IMG/VR virus record: IMGVR_UViG_3300037067_001811
Location: 1 to 64,000 of that record
DNA length: 64,000 nucleotides
Strand: one strand, 5' to 3'
Source of the DNA: a virus
Lineage: Duplodnaviria > Caudoviricetes
The notes under the pieces were generated by a model. The model was not told where the DNA came from and ran no database searches. It saw only the letters and a program-made list of their open reading frames with translations. Shown piece by piece: positions 30,465 through 40,173 of the stretch. How positions within the stretch are numbered: the first letter of the stretch is position 1; the number at the start of each line of letters is the position of its first letter. The position numbers and the translations under genes are program-made.

Positions 30465-30878
30465 ATGGCCGCAAAGACTACATTCCTGGCTGCTAGGGTT
30501 CTGGACAATACCCTCAAGAACGGTGCTGAGTTCTCATACACGTTCCCAGCCACTGTTTACGCCGCTCTCTTCACCTCGGATCCGACAGTAGCCGGACTCT
30601 TCACGGGTGAGGTTACGACTGTTGCCACTTTGTACGCCCGTCAACCCATTACCTGGGGTACTATCGGAGCCGGGAACTCGGTAGCAAACTCGGCAGCAAT
30701 CACATATGCCACAGCCGGAGCTTCCTACGGCTCACCTATTGGCTGGGTTGGTATCTGTGACACGGTTGCTACGGCATCCGGTATGCTCTACCAAGGGCCT
30801 CTGAGTACCCCTAAGACTGTTGGGGTGGGTGATCAGGTCTCGTTCGCAATTGGAGCCTTGGTCGTCACTGAGTCCTGA
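30465..30878 (+). CDS. Phage tail-associated structural protein
   Basis: YAALFTSDPT...YARQPITW...NSAAITY...PKTVGVGD.VSF..GAL, a widespread phage virion pattern. Confidence 0.7.
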   Translation: MAAKTTFLAARVLDNTLKNGAEFSYTFPATVYAALFTSDPTVAGLFTGEVTTVATLYARQPITWGTIGAGNSVANSAAITYATAGASYGSPIGWVGICDTVATASGMLYQGPLSTPKTVGVGDQVSFAIGALVVTES

Positions 30879-30926
30879 TCTCTAGTTACCAGCTAATACT
30901 AGTAACTCTAGTAGGGATCAGATAAC

Positions 30927-31583
30927 GTGGCCGATATTGATGTTGATGCAGTTCTGTCCGGTGACTCTTCGGTTACAGCCGAGGTAGGGGTCAGCTACGC
31001 CATTGCTGCCTCTCTTCCTGCTGATTCAACTTTGGTAGGAGGCTTGTCTGCCTCCTACCAAGTATCGGCTAGCCTGGTAGCAAACTCAAACCTCTCAGGT
31101 AACCTACTCTACAATGTAGCAGCTAGGTTGAACGGCAGCTCTTCTATCGCTGCTGCGGCAACTCTTGAGGTAGGGGGCTATGCAGCACCGATTCGGTATC
31201 AACCTCCTTCTCGGATTGTTACCTCGGGTCGATTGATCTTAGAAAACGTAGACTTGTTCATAGGGGACGGGAAGACAAGAGTCACAGAGGTCCCAGTAGC
31301 TGATTTGCAGCTCAAGATCTTCTGTAATAATGACCTAGTTTCTTGGCCTCTTGTGTCTGGAGCTGGGATCCCGGATGTTCGGGTTACTGCCGGTAAGGTC
31401 TATTGGACCGAAGGTGCTGATGGTTTCTACAGCATCCGATTCTACCCAAGTGTTATTGGTATGTGGAGGGTACTCCTCACCTACCAGGCCTATGATCAGG
31501 CAATCTCTCTGACCTACGACGTGGTCCCTAAGGTTTCAATGAACCCTTCTACTGGGATCAGGACCTCCTTCATTCGAAAGTGA
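30927..31583 (+). CDS. Virion protein (L.GDS repeats plus Ig-like domain)
   Basis: N-terminus resembles 30030; C-terminus resembles 32256. Confidence 0.65.
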   Translation: MADIDVDAVLSGDSSVTAEVGVSYAIAASLPADSTLVGGLSASYQVSASLVANSNLSGNLLYNVAARLNGSSSIAAAATLEVGGYAAPIRYQPPSRIVTSGRLILENVDLFIGDGKTRVTEVPVADLQLKIFCNNDLVSWPLVSGAGIPDVRVTAGKVYWTEGADGFYSIRFYPSVIGMWRVLLTYQAYDQAISLTYDVVPKVSMNPSTGIRTSFIRK

Positions 31584-31587
31584 TCCC

Positions 31588-32229
31588 ATGTCCTCTCTAC
31601 TTCGTGAATTTGAAGATGCCTTGATTGTTCGCAACGTGGTTGCAAGGGTGACTACCTCAATGGAGCACTCCTCACCTGAAGAGATGAAGGAGTATCTCCA
31701 TGACCACCCTAATGCAGACCCCAAGGACCATCGAGTAGAAAAGGGTAAGAGTAAGGGAAAGAGTGCTCCTGATGGGAAGCCTCCAATCAAGACCTTGGTT
31801 CAGAACACCAAGCGCCTTTCAGATAGTGTGACCAAGGATAGTGCCCAGCTTGCTAAGCTGCAAAAGTCTTTTGATTCTGCAGCAAGTGATAGGAACGGCA
31901 ACGAACGGTCCAAGGCAATTGCTGGTAAAATCAATAACGCATATGATAGTGCTATCTCCAGTTCAGAGACAGCCTTCATCCATGCTCAGAGTGCTATCAA
32001 CCTTGCTCGGAAGAGTGGGGCTAGTGAAGATGAGATCAGTCGAGTTGAGTCTCAACTCGAGGACGCGAAGAAGGCTATCAAGGAAGCCAAAGAGGACGGC
32101 AAGGACAAGCCCATCGAGGGTAAGTTTGCTGAGAAGCTCATGGTTGGTTACAAGGTAGAGAGCATTGCTGAGGTTGATCAACAAGTTGGGGCTCTCCATC
32201 AGGCTATCCAACTTCTGTCAAATGGTTAA
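31588..32229 (+). CDS. Hypothetical helical protein (possible internal head protein)
   Basis: IVRNVVARV leader; YLHDHPNADP motif; K/E/A-rich. Confidence 0.6.
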   Translation: MSSLLREFEDALIVRNVVARVTTSMEHSSPEEMKEYLHDHPNADPKDHRVEKGKSKGKSAPDGKPPIKTLVQNTKRLSDSVTKDSAQLAKLQKSFDSAASDRNGNERSKAIAGKINNAYDSAISSSETAFIHAQSAINLARKSGASEDEISRVESQLEDAKKAIKEAKEDGKDKPIEGKFAEKLMVGYKVESIAEVDQQVGALHQAIQLLSNG

Positions 32230-32255
32230 CGCCAGTAGGCGGGAGAGGATGATGG

Positions 32256-32669
32256 ATGCCCACGACTCGAGGCCGGCTTGTATTCAATAATCTGGTCGTG
32301 TACGACCAAGCCGACTTCTTTGGGTTGGACGGTTACTCACGTGTTCCTGGGTTGACTCCCTCTCAACTTGTCTTGCAGGTGTACCATGACAACACCTTGC
32401 AGACGTGGACTCTGATCTCAGGGGCAGGGGTGAGTGAGGGGCAGGTTGCTTCAGGTCACGTGTACTTTGACACGCTTACCGGGGGAGCCTATGGGGTCAG
32501 GTGGAGACCTAATGCTATTGGGTATTGGAGGATCCTCCTTATTTACTCAGTAGGGGCTCAGATCCTAGCTCAAGACTACGACGTTGGATCGGGTACTGGA
32601 GTGGTGCCCCCTGGTGGCGGCCTGAAGGTTTCATTTGTAGGTGCGGGAGGTAAGACCAGTGATTGCTAA
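32256..32669 (+). CDS. Virion Ig-like protein (paralog of the 30927 C-terminus)
   Basis: DG..RV...L.L.......W.L.SGAG.....V..G.VY...G.WR.LL.Y shared. Confidence 0.65.
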   Translation: MPTTRGRLVFNNLVVYDQADFFGLDGYSRVPGLTPSQLVLQVYHDNTLQTWTLISGAGVSEGQVASGHVYFDTLTGGAYGVRWRPNAIGYWRILLIYSVGAQILAQDYDVGSGTGVVPPGGGLKVSFVGAGGKTSDC

Positions 32670-33129
32670 GTCTTCAAGTCCAGGCGTCTTCAAATGGGGG
32701 CACACGTTCCAGCGTGGGGATCTTCCAATCTACGTTGCAGATTCCGTTGGGAGCCCTTTCAGCCCCTACGCTATCAGGTACACTCTGTTATTCCAGAGTA
32801 AGTGCTCAACTTGCATCACCAAGGTATGGCCTTGCGGACGGATGCCAGTCCAGGCTGACATTGGGGAGTACTATGGGACAGGTTGCGCCGGTGAAGGGGG
32901 GCAACCTGGTCAGTGGTTTATCGAGTGGACTCTTCAGGAGTACTTCGATGGGCCTCTCATGACAGATAGATTTGGGTTTGAGGTCTTCAATACGGCAGAT
33001 TTCTGCCCTCAACCTCATCAGTACTCAGGGGCTCCAGTTCCACCTCCGGTATGGGGGGAGGGTTGTAACTCTGGGCATGCGAACCAGAAGCATAGTAATT
33101 GTCGTTGTGGTGGTAGGAGATGGTGGTAA
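32659..33129 (+). CDS. Virion protein (paralog of the neck protein N-terminal domain)
   Basis: SD GGAGG plus GTG 32659; DL......G.P...PV.A..GEY...W shared with 33133. Confidence 0.6.
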   Translation: MIAKSSSPGVFKWGHTFQRGDLPIYVADSVGSPFSPYAIRYTLLFQSKCSTCITKVWPCGRMPVQADIGEYYGTGCAGEGGQPGQWFIEWTLQEYFDGPLMTDRFGFEVFNTADFCPQPHQYSGAPVPPPVWGEGCNSGHANQKHSNCRCGGRRWW

Positions 33130-33132
33130 CCC

Positions 33133-34023
33133 ATGGGAACTCTATTCTTTCGTGGGCAGCAACTTGGCAGGAATGACTTGAATGTCTTCCTGACTAATGC
33201 ATCGGGTCACCCAATCAACGCGGCAGAGATCTCCTTTGCCCTCTACGACAATACTACTGGACTCGAAGTTCTAGTCGGACCTCAGCGTAGGATTCCGGTT
33301 AATGCTTCGGTGGGTGAGTACTTCGCCAACATCATTGTCCCCCTGGATGCTAATATTGGGGAGTACAGGGCTCGTTGGACCATCCGAGAGATGCTAGGGG
33401 GGCCTATCCAAACAGCCCTCCAAGAGTTCAATGTGCAGGACAGAGAGGTATCCATGCCTAGCTGTCATACTGCTATCCAGCTGGAGCTCGCCCGAAGGAT
33501 GAGGATCCTTCTTCGGGACAACAACCCAGACAAGAACTACAAGTTCCGGCCACCGGCGCATGAGGGTACCGTAGACCAGTTCAGTCGAGTGTTCGGTTAC
33601 ATCTGGGAAGATGAGGAGCTCATCGAGTGCTTGGATGAGGCTCTCGATATGATCATTGCGGCTCCACCTCGAACGTACTTCCAGGACATTGACCAAATGG
33701 TCATGTACAAGAGTGAGTGGAAAACCCTACTCATCACTGGAGCTATGCAGTGGGCACTGCAAATGCTTCAGATTAACTGGGTCGCAGATGAGTTCGATTA
33801 CTCAATCGGCGGGGTAAGCCTTAATCTTGAGAAGTCCAGCAAGTATGAATCTCTCAAGTCTAGCCTTGGTGAGCAATTCACTGCCCAGCTGGAACGAGCC
33901 AAGTCTACTGTCAAGGTAATCAGAGGGTTGCAGCAACCTAAGTACGGGGCAGGTATCCGCAGCAGCTTTGGACCCTACAGTGGTAGAGGGGTCTTAGCAC
34001 CCTCAAAGTTTTTATCCATGTAG
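33133..34023 (+). CDS. Head-tail adaptor/neck protein
   Basis: Helical C-terminal domain with W.DEEL and F.YSIGGVSL..EKSSKY; position in the morphogenesis cluster. Confidence 0.6.
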   Translation: MGTLFFRGQQLGRNDLNVFLTNASGHPINAAEISFALYDNTTGLEVLVGPQRRIPVNASVGEYFANIIVPLDANIGEYRARWTIREMLGGPIQTALQEFNVQDREVSMPSCHTAIQLELARRMRILLRDNNPDKNYKFRPPAHEGTVDQFSRVFGYIWEDEELIECLDEALDMIIAAPPRTYFQDIDQMVMYKSEWKTLLITGAMQWALQMLQINWVADEFDYSIGGVSLNLEKSSKYESLKSSLGEQFTAQLERAKSTVKVIRGLQQPKYGAGIRSSFGPYSGRGVLAPSKFLSM

Positions 34024-34036
34024 TTTTTTGTAACTG

Positions 34037-34069
34037 CTTGACTTTACTACACTTGGTAGTAAAGTCAAG
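34037..34069 (+). promoter_or_regulatory. Perfect 14-bp inverted repeat overlapping a sigma70-like promoter
   Basis: cttgactttactac-acttg-gtagtaaagtcaag; TTGACT-16 nt-TAAAGT, with ATG 7 nt later. Confidence 0.65.
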
Positions 34070-34072
34070 TTC

Positions 34073-35590
34073 ATGGCCACTACTTGTCCGCATTGCGGTA
34101 CCCACTTTCCCAAATCTGATTCTATCAATTCTCGGCACAAGGCTACTTGTGCCGGCTGGGTTGCTGAGGGGGTTTCAAGTAAGCCACTTCCTTGCCTCTG
34201 CGGGCATGAATCGACCTCCCTGACTCAGATGAAGAGGCACAGATCTCAGTGCTCTACTTGGAAGAATCGAGACCGTGGTGAGATTCAGATGGCCAGGTTG
34301 GCTGATACCCTTCAGAAGAATCATGGGCCTGGGTTTACTCACCCGATGGACGTTCCAGGAGTAGAGGCTAAGCGAACAGCCACCTTGTTGGATAGATATG
34401 GAGCTGAGAATGTTTTCTGTCGTGGATCCTCAATCTTTGAAAAGGTTCAAGCCTCTATTGACGGGAAGAGACCAATCCTTAGGGGGTCGGACAATCCATT
34501 TGCGTGGACTGAGGTTCAAGAGAAGATCCGTAGGGTAAATCTTGAACGTTATGGATCTGAGAACCCTCAGCAGGTACCAGAGATTCGAGAGAGAACTCGG
34601 ACTACAAATCTCAGTAGGTACGGGGGGGAGCTTTTAGCTTCGCCTACTATTCGAGAGAAGAGTAAGTCAACTAACTTAGTTCGCTATGGATCTGAGAACC
34701 CTGCTTGCTCTCCCGAGGTAACTGAGAGGGCTCGTCAAACCAACCTAGTTCGTTGGGGTGTTGAGTGGACGAGTCAGCATCCGGATGTTCAGGCTCGTCA
34801 GGCGAAGACTCATCTGGAGACATATGGGAGCTACTACTTCGCTTCTGAAGAGGGGCGTGCAGCTATCAGAGAGACACTCCTTCAGAAATATGGGGTGGAT
34901 CACCCTGCTAAGATTGAGGGTTTCTGGGTTAGGGTCGTAGAGACTTTCTACCGTAGATATGGGGTTAGTCATCCTTTTCTACTGGAAGAGTTCCTTGAGA
35001 AGAGGCGAGTTACTTGCCAGGCTCGGTATGGGGTTGACAATCCACTTCAAAGTCCTGAGGTTTATTCTAAGCTTGTTGCTACAGTTCAGCGTCAATATGG
35101 GGTTGACTGTGTTTTTCAAGCTGAAGAAGTAAAGGAGAAGGGTCGTCAGACCAATATTGCCAACTACGGCTTCCCACATCCGATGATGAATCAAGAGTAT
35201 GCTCGGGCACAACTAGAGAAGATCCGTAGGCCAGGGCCAAACCTACCTGAACGAATTCTGCAGTCTCTTGCTCCTGAGCTTTTGTACACAGGTGCTGGTG
35301 ACTTCTGGAGGTGGCTTCCGCTCCTTGGTCACCACAAGAACCCGGACTTCATTCTTCCAGGGCCAGATCCTGAGCACCCCAAGAAGGATGTCACCAAAGT
35401 GGTTGAGTTGTTTGGTGATTTTTGGCACTCACGTATGTTTACGGGCAAAGCCAACTTCGAGCACGAGTCTGAGCTAGTAGCAGCCTTTGCTGAGGTAGGG
35501 ATTGAGTGTTTAGTCGTTTGGGAGTCAGAGGTGAAGAAGTCTCCCTTGGAGACTCAGATGAGGGTTCATCAGTTTCTTCATTCGACCTAA
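34073..35590 (+). CDS. Putative homing-type endonuclease: Zn knuckles, ~22-aa 'T.L.RYG' repeats and a Vsr/PD-(D/E)XK-like domain
   Basis: CPHC and CLCG at the N-terminus; about 12 repeats; NPDF...VVELFGDFWH...LVVWESE. Confidence 0.75.
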   Translation: MATTCPHCGTHFPKSDSINSRHKATCAGWVAEGVSSKPLPCLCGHESTSLTQMKRHRSQCSTWKNRDRGEIQMARLADTLQKNHGPGFTHPMDVPGVEAKRTATLLDRYGAENVFCRGSSIFEKVQASIDGKRPILRGSDNPFAWTEVQEKIRRVNLERYGSENPQQVPEIRERTRTTNLSRYGGELLASPTIREKSKSTNLVRYGSENPACSPEVTERARQTNLVRWGVEWTSQHPDVQARQAKTHLETYGSYYFASEEGRAAIRETLLQKYGVDHPAKIEGFWVRVVETFYRRYGVSHPFLLEEFLEKRRVTCQARYGVDNPLQSPEVYSKLVATVQRQYGVDCVFQAEEVKEKGRQTNIANYGFPHPMMNQEYARAQLEKIRRPGPNLPERILQSLAPELLYTGAGDFWRWLPLLGHHKNPDFILPGPDPEHPKKDVTKVVELFGDFWHSRMFTGKANFEHESELVAAFAEVGIECLVVWESEVKKSPLETQMRVHQFLHST

Positions 35591-35613
35591 GCTACTTTGG
35601 TGTAACCCCATGG

Positions 35614-35829
35614 GTGTTTGGAGTACCCTTCGAGTGCAATGAGGTTCTGTCCCAAGACGACATGGGCAAGTGCCTTACTGCGATCACCGAGGGGTCAGAT
35701 ACCTTCAGTAGGAGGGGGGCAAAGGTCATCAAGGCCAGTTTTTCCAATGGGATGCTCCACCTCATACCTGACAGTGGTCCGTCCCTCTCTTATGTAATTC
35801 GACGGGGCTGCTCAGGTTGCCCTGATTGA
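35614..35829 (+). CDS. Small hypothetical protein
   Basis: GTG 35614 lies 9 nt after GGTGTA; this start avoids overlap with the upstream gene. Confidence 0.45.
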   Translation: MFGVPFECNEVLSQDDMGKCLTAITEGSDTFSRRGAKVIKASFSNGMLHLIPDSGPSLSYVIRRGCSGCPD

Positions 35830-35885
35830 TCCTTTTATCGCCAGGGCCTAGTGCAAGTAGTTCAGCTTTCGTGGAGACATTCCAA

Positions 35886-36263
35886 ATGACTGACCAGAAC
35901 GAATCAAATCAGCCCCAATTGACCCTATCCGATCCGATTGACCCCGATACCATCAAGAGGTTCCAGCAGTTGCAATCCTCAAGGTTGCAGATTGCGGATC
36001 ATCTTCTCGGGATGGAGCAGGAAAAGGTCCGGCTTCTTCGAGCGGCTCAGAACGTTGAAGCAGAGCGTCAGAGGCTCTTTGAAGGTGTCCTTCTAGCTCG
36101 AGGGCTCCCTCCGAACTTCCCTGTGGAGATTGACGCCCTGACGGGAGTCATTAAGCCAATTGAGGAGGCAATGGAAGCCTTCAATCGACAGGCCTCTGCT
36201 CAGGCAATGGCTGTAACACAGGCTAACCAAGCCGAAGTTGCACCTGAGACTCCCGTCAACTGA
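35886..36263 (+). CDS. Coiled-coil hypothetical protein
   Basis: SD GGAGA before ATG 35886; late motif at 35827. Confidence 0.65.
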   Translation: MTDQNESNQPQLTLSDPIDPDTIKRFQQLQSSRLQIADHLLGMEQEKVRLLRAAQNVEAERQRLFEGVLLARGLPPNFPVEIDALTGVIKPIEEAMEAFNRQASAQAMAVTQANQAEVAPETPVN

Positions 36264-36307
36264 AGGGGGTTGATCCCTTTATTGGCAGCCTCTTATGAGG
36301 ACTTGCC

Positions 36308-38929
36308 ATGGCGGACGTAAGCAATAGGGATAGGAACCCACAGCTTGTCGAGATGACAAAGCTACCGTGGCCAGCCCCTCCTTTGAACTTGTTCATGTTA
36401 GACGGGACTAGAGGGGTCATTGACCTTCGTTGGGATGACCCCTCTTACCTAACCCTGAATAGTCGGTTCAAGATCCTTGGGGTCAACGTCTATCGAAGCT
36501 TCGATTCAGAGTTTGGCCCCTACCATCGGATCACAGAACTACCTGTAGGGTCCACCTTCTGGAGAGATCAGACCGATAATGAGTTGATCCCAGAGGAGGA
36601 TGTTACTAACCAGTTCATCATGTCTGGTACCGCCGGCACTGGGATGGATGGTCCTAGGTATGTCTTCAAGACTCTGCACTTCCCAATTGTAGGGGAGGAG
36701 TCCAGAGGGATTCCAACAAAGATTCCAACTGATGTCCTTGTCTTTGTTGATGGGGTTCAAGCTCGGGTCATGGCTGTTAATGGTCAGACCGGGGAGGTTG
36801 AGCTAGATGCTAATATCTACACAGATACAGTGCGTCAACAGAGGATTCTACCTGTATTACCTACCAATGGTAGTCGGGTAACTTGTGCTTACAGGTATTG
36901 CAGAGACTTCCTAAAGACGGATCTCTCTCAGAGGATCTTCTACCGGGTGACTACAGTAGGGATCCCTGCCAGTCATACTTGGGAGGAAGTAAACCCCAAC
37001 AACCTAGTTGAGACTCCTCTTGAGGCGGCCGCGGCAACCAACACCTTTGAGATTGAAAAGCTCGATTACATTTGGAGAGAGGCCATCCGAAGGAATCGAT
37101 GGATCTTAGAACAAGGTGGGGAGCGAGTCAGGGTGTACCTGAGGAAGGTAGTAGGACTTCCTTGTATGTGCGTAGACCAAACTCACAAACAACCAATCTC
37201 TGATTGTCTCTACTGTTTTGCACCTGGAAATCTAATCAGAACCTCAAGCGGTTACTTACCTATTGAGCAAATTAGAGTAGGCGACCGAGTTTTAACCTCT
37301 GACGGATCTTACCAGTTAGTACTGGAGACTATGAGAAGTCCATTTGAGGGCAACCTTATCTCTATCTTTCCCTCAGTTAGTTCTAACCCTATTTTAGTTA
37401 CTCCAGACCACCCATTTCTTAGTTTAGTTGGTAAGCATGAGGTCCCTGTTGATTGTGGCCCTCACTGTGATAGTGGTTTGGATACTGGGGATACTAACTT
37501 AAAATCAACGGGTAGCCTACGTCAACTACCTAGTGGTCGGTGGTGGGCGAGGATTCAAATGGGAGGTAGGCGAGGGTTTGGTCGTAAGTCTTTGGGTACC
37601 TTTCCTACAGAAGCTGAAGCCTCATTTGCAATATCTAATTACAGGAGTGAGCACTCAACTTTTCGTCATAACTTAGAGTGGGTTGATGCTAGTACAATCA
37701 CTTCTAAGTCTTGGTTGACTTCTAAGTGGCCAAGTGAGGTTGTTGATGTTGAGGGTATCTCTATCCCTGACAGGCATTTGAAGACTTCAGTGTATGGGCC
37801 TAGTCGAATAGGTCCAACTAAGTTTCGAGTGGATTCTGAGTTTTTGTGGGTGATTGGTCTTTATCTGGCAGAGGGTAGTTGCGCTAAAAGATCTTTATCC
37901 TTCTCATTGCACTCAAAAGAGGTTGAGTTTCAAGATAGGTTAAGATCATACTTTGAGCCCAAGGGCTTTACCGTTAGCTTATCTCCAGGTCCGGGTCTCG
38001 GAGTTTCAGTGCTGGTCCACAGTGCTAACCTAGCTTCTTGGTTTCCTACTTGGTTGGGTAGGGGTTGTTCTAATAAGCATATACCTGAAGAACTTATGTA
38101 CTTACCTGTAGATAAGATCTGGTCACTTTTACAGGGTATTCATGACGGTGACGGATCTAAGTCTGCTAGAGAAATAACTCAGACATCTGAGCTGTTAGCT
38201 ATCCAGATAATGGAGTTACTTCACAGAGTAGGTGAGCAGCCTTTATTGAGGAGGCAGCGGTCTAATAAGTTGACTCCTAAGGGAAATAAGAGAAAGTTAG
38301 CTTATTGTACTAGTTGGGGGGAGGATACTCTAACCCATACTAATCGAAAAGGTAGGTGGAAAGTTAAGGGTGAGATCTTATCCAGAGTTAGGAGTGTTAC
38401 TTCAGTCCCTTACTCTGGTTGGGTATACAACCTTAGAGTAGCGGAGAATCCCACTTATGTAGTAAATGGGATTGTGGTTCATAATTGCTTTGGGACTGGG
38501 ATCTTAGGGGGTTATGAGGGACCTTATGGGATCATCATTGGACCTGATGACTCTGAGGTGAAGTTGTCTCAACGAGACACTGGTAGGACGACAGAGCATA
38601 GCTATGAGGTATGGACAGGGCCCCAACCACTCTTGAGTCACAAAGACTTCGTGATGAAGATCAATGGGGACCGGTACAGTATTGGTCCGGTAAGAATGCC
38701 GACCAATCGAGGAGTGTTACTTCAGCAGCACTTCACTATTGGGTCTTTTGATGACAAGGACATTCGGTACAAAGTTCCGGTTACCGAGCCTATCAAGTTT
38801 GTTGCTTCTCAGTTCGTCGCAAGTGGTCCAGAGGGTGAGGCTGATTGGGGTATCACTGAGAGGTCCAACATTCCAGATGAGCGTCAGCTTCGAGGTCGGT
38901 CTAAGGCGTGGTCTAACTCTTCCTACTGA
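36308..38929 (+). CDS. Neck/head-closure-type virion protein interrupted by an intein
   Basis: FN3-like N-terminus; spliced extein reads CMC...CLYCFGTGILGGY; position among neck genes. Confidence 0.65.
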   Translation: MADVSNRDRNPQLVEMTKLPWPAPPLNLFMLDGTRGVIDLRWDDPSYLTLNSRFKILGVNVYRSFDSEFGPYHRITELPVGSTFWRDQTDNELIPEEDVTNQFIMSGTAGTGMDGPRYVFKTLHFPIVGEESRGIPTKIPTDVLVFVDGVQARVMAVNGQTGEVELDANIYTDTVRQQRILPVLPTNGSRVTCAYRYCRDFLKTDLSQRIFYRVTTVGIPASHTWEEVNPNNLVETPLEAAAATNTFEIEKLDYIWREAIRRNRWILEQGGERVRVYLRKVVGLPCMCVDQTHKQPISDCLYCFAPGNLIRTSSGYLPIEQIRVGDRVLTSDGSYQLVLETMRSPFEGNLISIFPSVSSNPILVTPDHPFLSLVGKHEVPVDCGPHCDSGLDTGDTNLKSTGSLRQLPSGRWWARIQMGGRRGFGRKSLGTFPTEAEASFAISNYRSEHSTFRHNLEWVDASTITSKSWLTSKWPSEVVDVEGISIPDRHLKTSVYGPSRIGPTKFRVDSEFLWVIGLYLAEGSCAKRSLSFSLHSKEVEFQDRLRSYFEPKGFTVSLSPGPGLGVSVLVHSANLASWFPTWLGRGCSNKHIPEELMYLPVDKIWSLLQGIHDGDGSKSAREITQTSELLAIQIMELLHRVGEQPLLRRQRSNKLTPKGNKRKLAYCTSWGEDTLTHTNRKGRWKVKGEILSRVRSVTSVPYSGWVYNLRVAENPTYVVNGIVVHNCFGTGILGGYEGPYGIIIGPDDSEVKLSQRDTGRTTEHSYEVWTGPQPLLSHKDFVMKINGDRYSIGPVRMPTNRGVLLQQHFTIGSFDDKDIRYKVPVTEPIKFVASQFVASGPEGEADWGITERSNIPDERQLRGRSKAWSNSSY
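37214..38485 (+). mobile_element. Intein (424 aa) with LAGLIDADG endonuclease and AP2-like insertion
   Basis: Starts CFAPG..I.T..G..PIEQIRVGD.V; TPDHPF; IGLYLAEG and LQGIHDGDG; ends VYNL.V....YVVNGIVVHN, +1 Cys. Confidence 0.93.
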
Positions 38930-38937
38930 GGTTCACT

Positions 38938-39444
38938 ATGGATCGTCTTGGAACCATATATGGTAAGCCTCTCATCAAAGGACTCGAGGCGAGTCCAGAC
39001 TTAGCTCTTAAGCGAGTCAAATTCAGTGTCCTCAGTAGGCTCCGAACTAAGTTAGTACAGTCAGCTTTCTCTGATAGGGCTAAGAAAGCACTAGCAAAGT
39101 CACTTCGAGTGGAGATCGGTGAATCATCTCTCACGATATTCTCTAGTCACCCAGCTTTCATTCATTTGATGCGTGGGCAGAAGAAGGGGCAGATGACCTG
39201 GCTCGCTAGGGCTAAGGCTCCTATCCCGATCATCACTGAGAGTGGTGAGTTGATCTTTCGTACTGCTTCTATCAAATCAATGAAGGACGGGAAGTGGGTC
39301 CATCCCGGCAGGGAGCCTCAAGACTTTGTAGAGAAGGCGAAGAAGGAAGCTAAGACTCAAATCCGAAAAGCTATCGTGAATGAAGTACGATTGATGGCTG
39401 CTAGTGTAGCTAAAGAAGCTAAGCGCTCAGCAAAGAGAGTATGA
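38938..39444 (+). CDS. Basic neck/tail-completion-type protein
   Basis: WVHPG..PQDF motif resembling HK97 gp10-like proteins; gene context. Confidence 0.5.
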   Translation: MDRLGTIYGKPLIKGLEASPDLALKRVKFSVLSRLRTKLVQSAFSDRAKKALAKSLRVEIGESSLTIFSSHPAFIHLMRGQKKGQMTWLARAKAPIPIITESGELIFRTASIKSMKDGKWVHPGREPQDFVEKAKKEAKTQIRKAIVNEVRLMAASVAKEAKRSAKRV

Positions 39445-40130
39445 AAATGAATCCAGGAGATGTACAAGTAAGTGGGGTTTCTGGTTGCGTTGTAGTGGAG
39501 GATATTGGGTATACTGTCCCAAATGGGGTGATTACCACGATCCCAGGGAATATCGCTTGTGTATCAAAGAACCTCTGGGAGTATATAGGTCAAGGTAAGA
39601 TCTTCAAGCACAGTCAGCTGCCTGCCAAGCCTCCAGCAGTAGAACCAGACCCTGTATTTGAAGTTCAATCGGTAGAGCCGGTTCGAGTGGAGTCAGCTTC
39701 GGATGGCTTGGCAGATCTACAGAGGACCAACGCTCACTTACAAACTGAGTTGAGCAGGGTGCATACTGAGGCGAGTAGAGCTCGGTTGGAGCTTGAGGCT
39801 GAGGTAGGTCGACTTCAAGCTGAGAGTGCTAAGTTGAAGGCGGAGGCTGCAGCGAAGAAATCCTCTGAGGGGGATGCTCTGTCCCTCATCTTAGATAAAC
39901 TAGACAAGCTTCCGACTCAAACTCTTCAGATCTCAAATCAAGGTTCAACTCCAACCCCTGTTTCAGTAGATGAAGTGCCTGTGTTTGAGGTGCCTGTGTT
40001 CGTCCCGTCTAGGGTTAATTCGAAGCAATCTGATCCAGGGAGGATTACCTTGAAGCAAACCACGATAGACGGGGCTTCAGTGACTGATGCGGTTAAGGCC
40101 CTAAGGGAAGTCCGGAAGAAGAATCGTTAA
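39441..40130 (+). CDS. Coiled-coil hypothetical protein
   Basis: Coupled ORF. Confidence 0.6.
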   Translation: MKMNPGDVQVSGVSGCVVVEDIGYTVPNGVITTIPGNIACVSKNLWEYIGQGKIFKHSQLPAKPPAVEPDPVFEVQSVEPVRVESASDGLADLQRTNAHLQTELSRVHTEASRARLELEAEVGRLQAESAKLKAEAAAKKSSEGDALSLILDKLDKLPTQTLQISNQGSTPTPVSVDEVPVFEVPVFVPSRVNSKQSDPGRITLKQTTIDGASVTDAVKALREVRKKNR

Positions 40131-40173
40131 AGTTCTTTCGATCTTACCAGTTACGGAGAGGTAGAAGTTCCAC

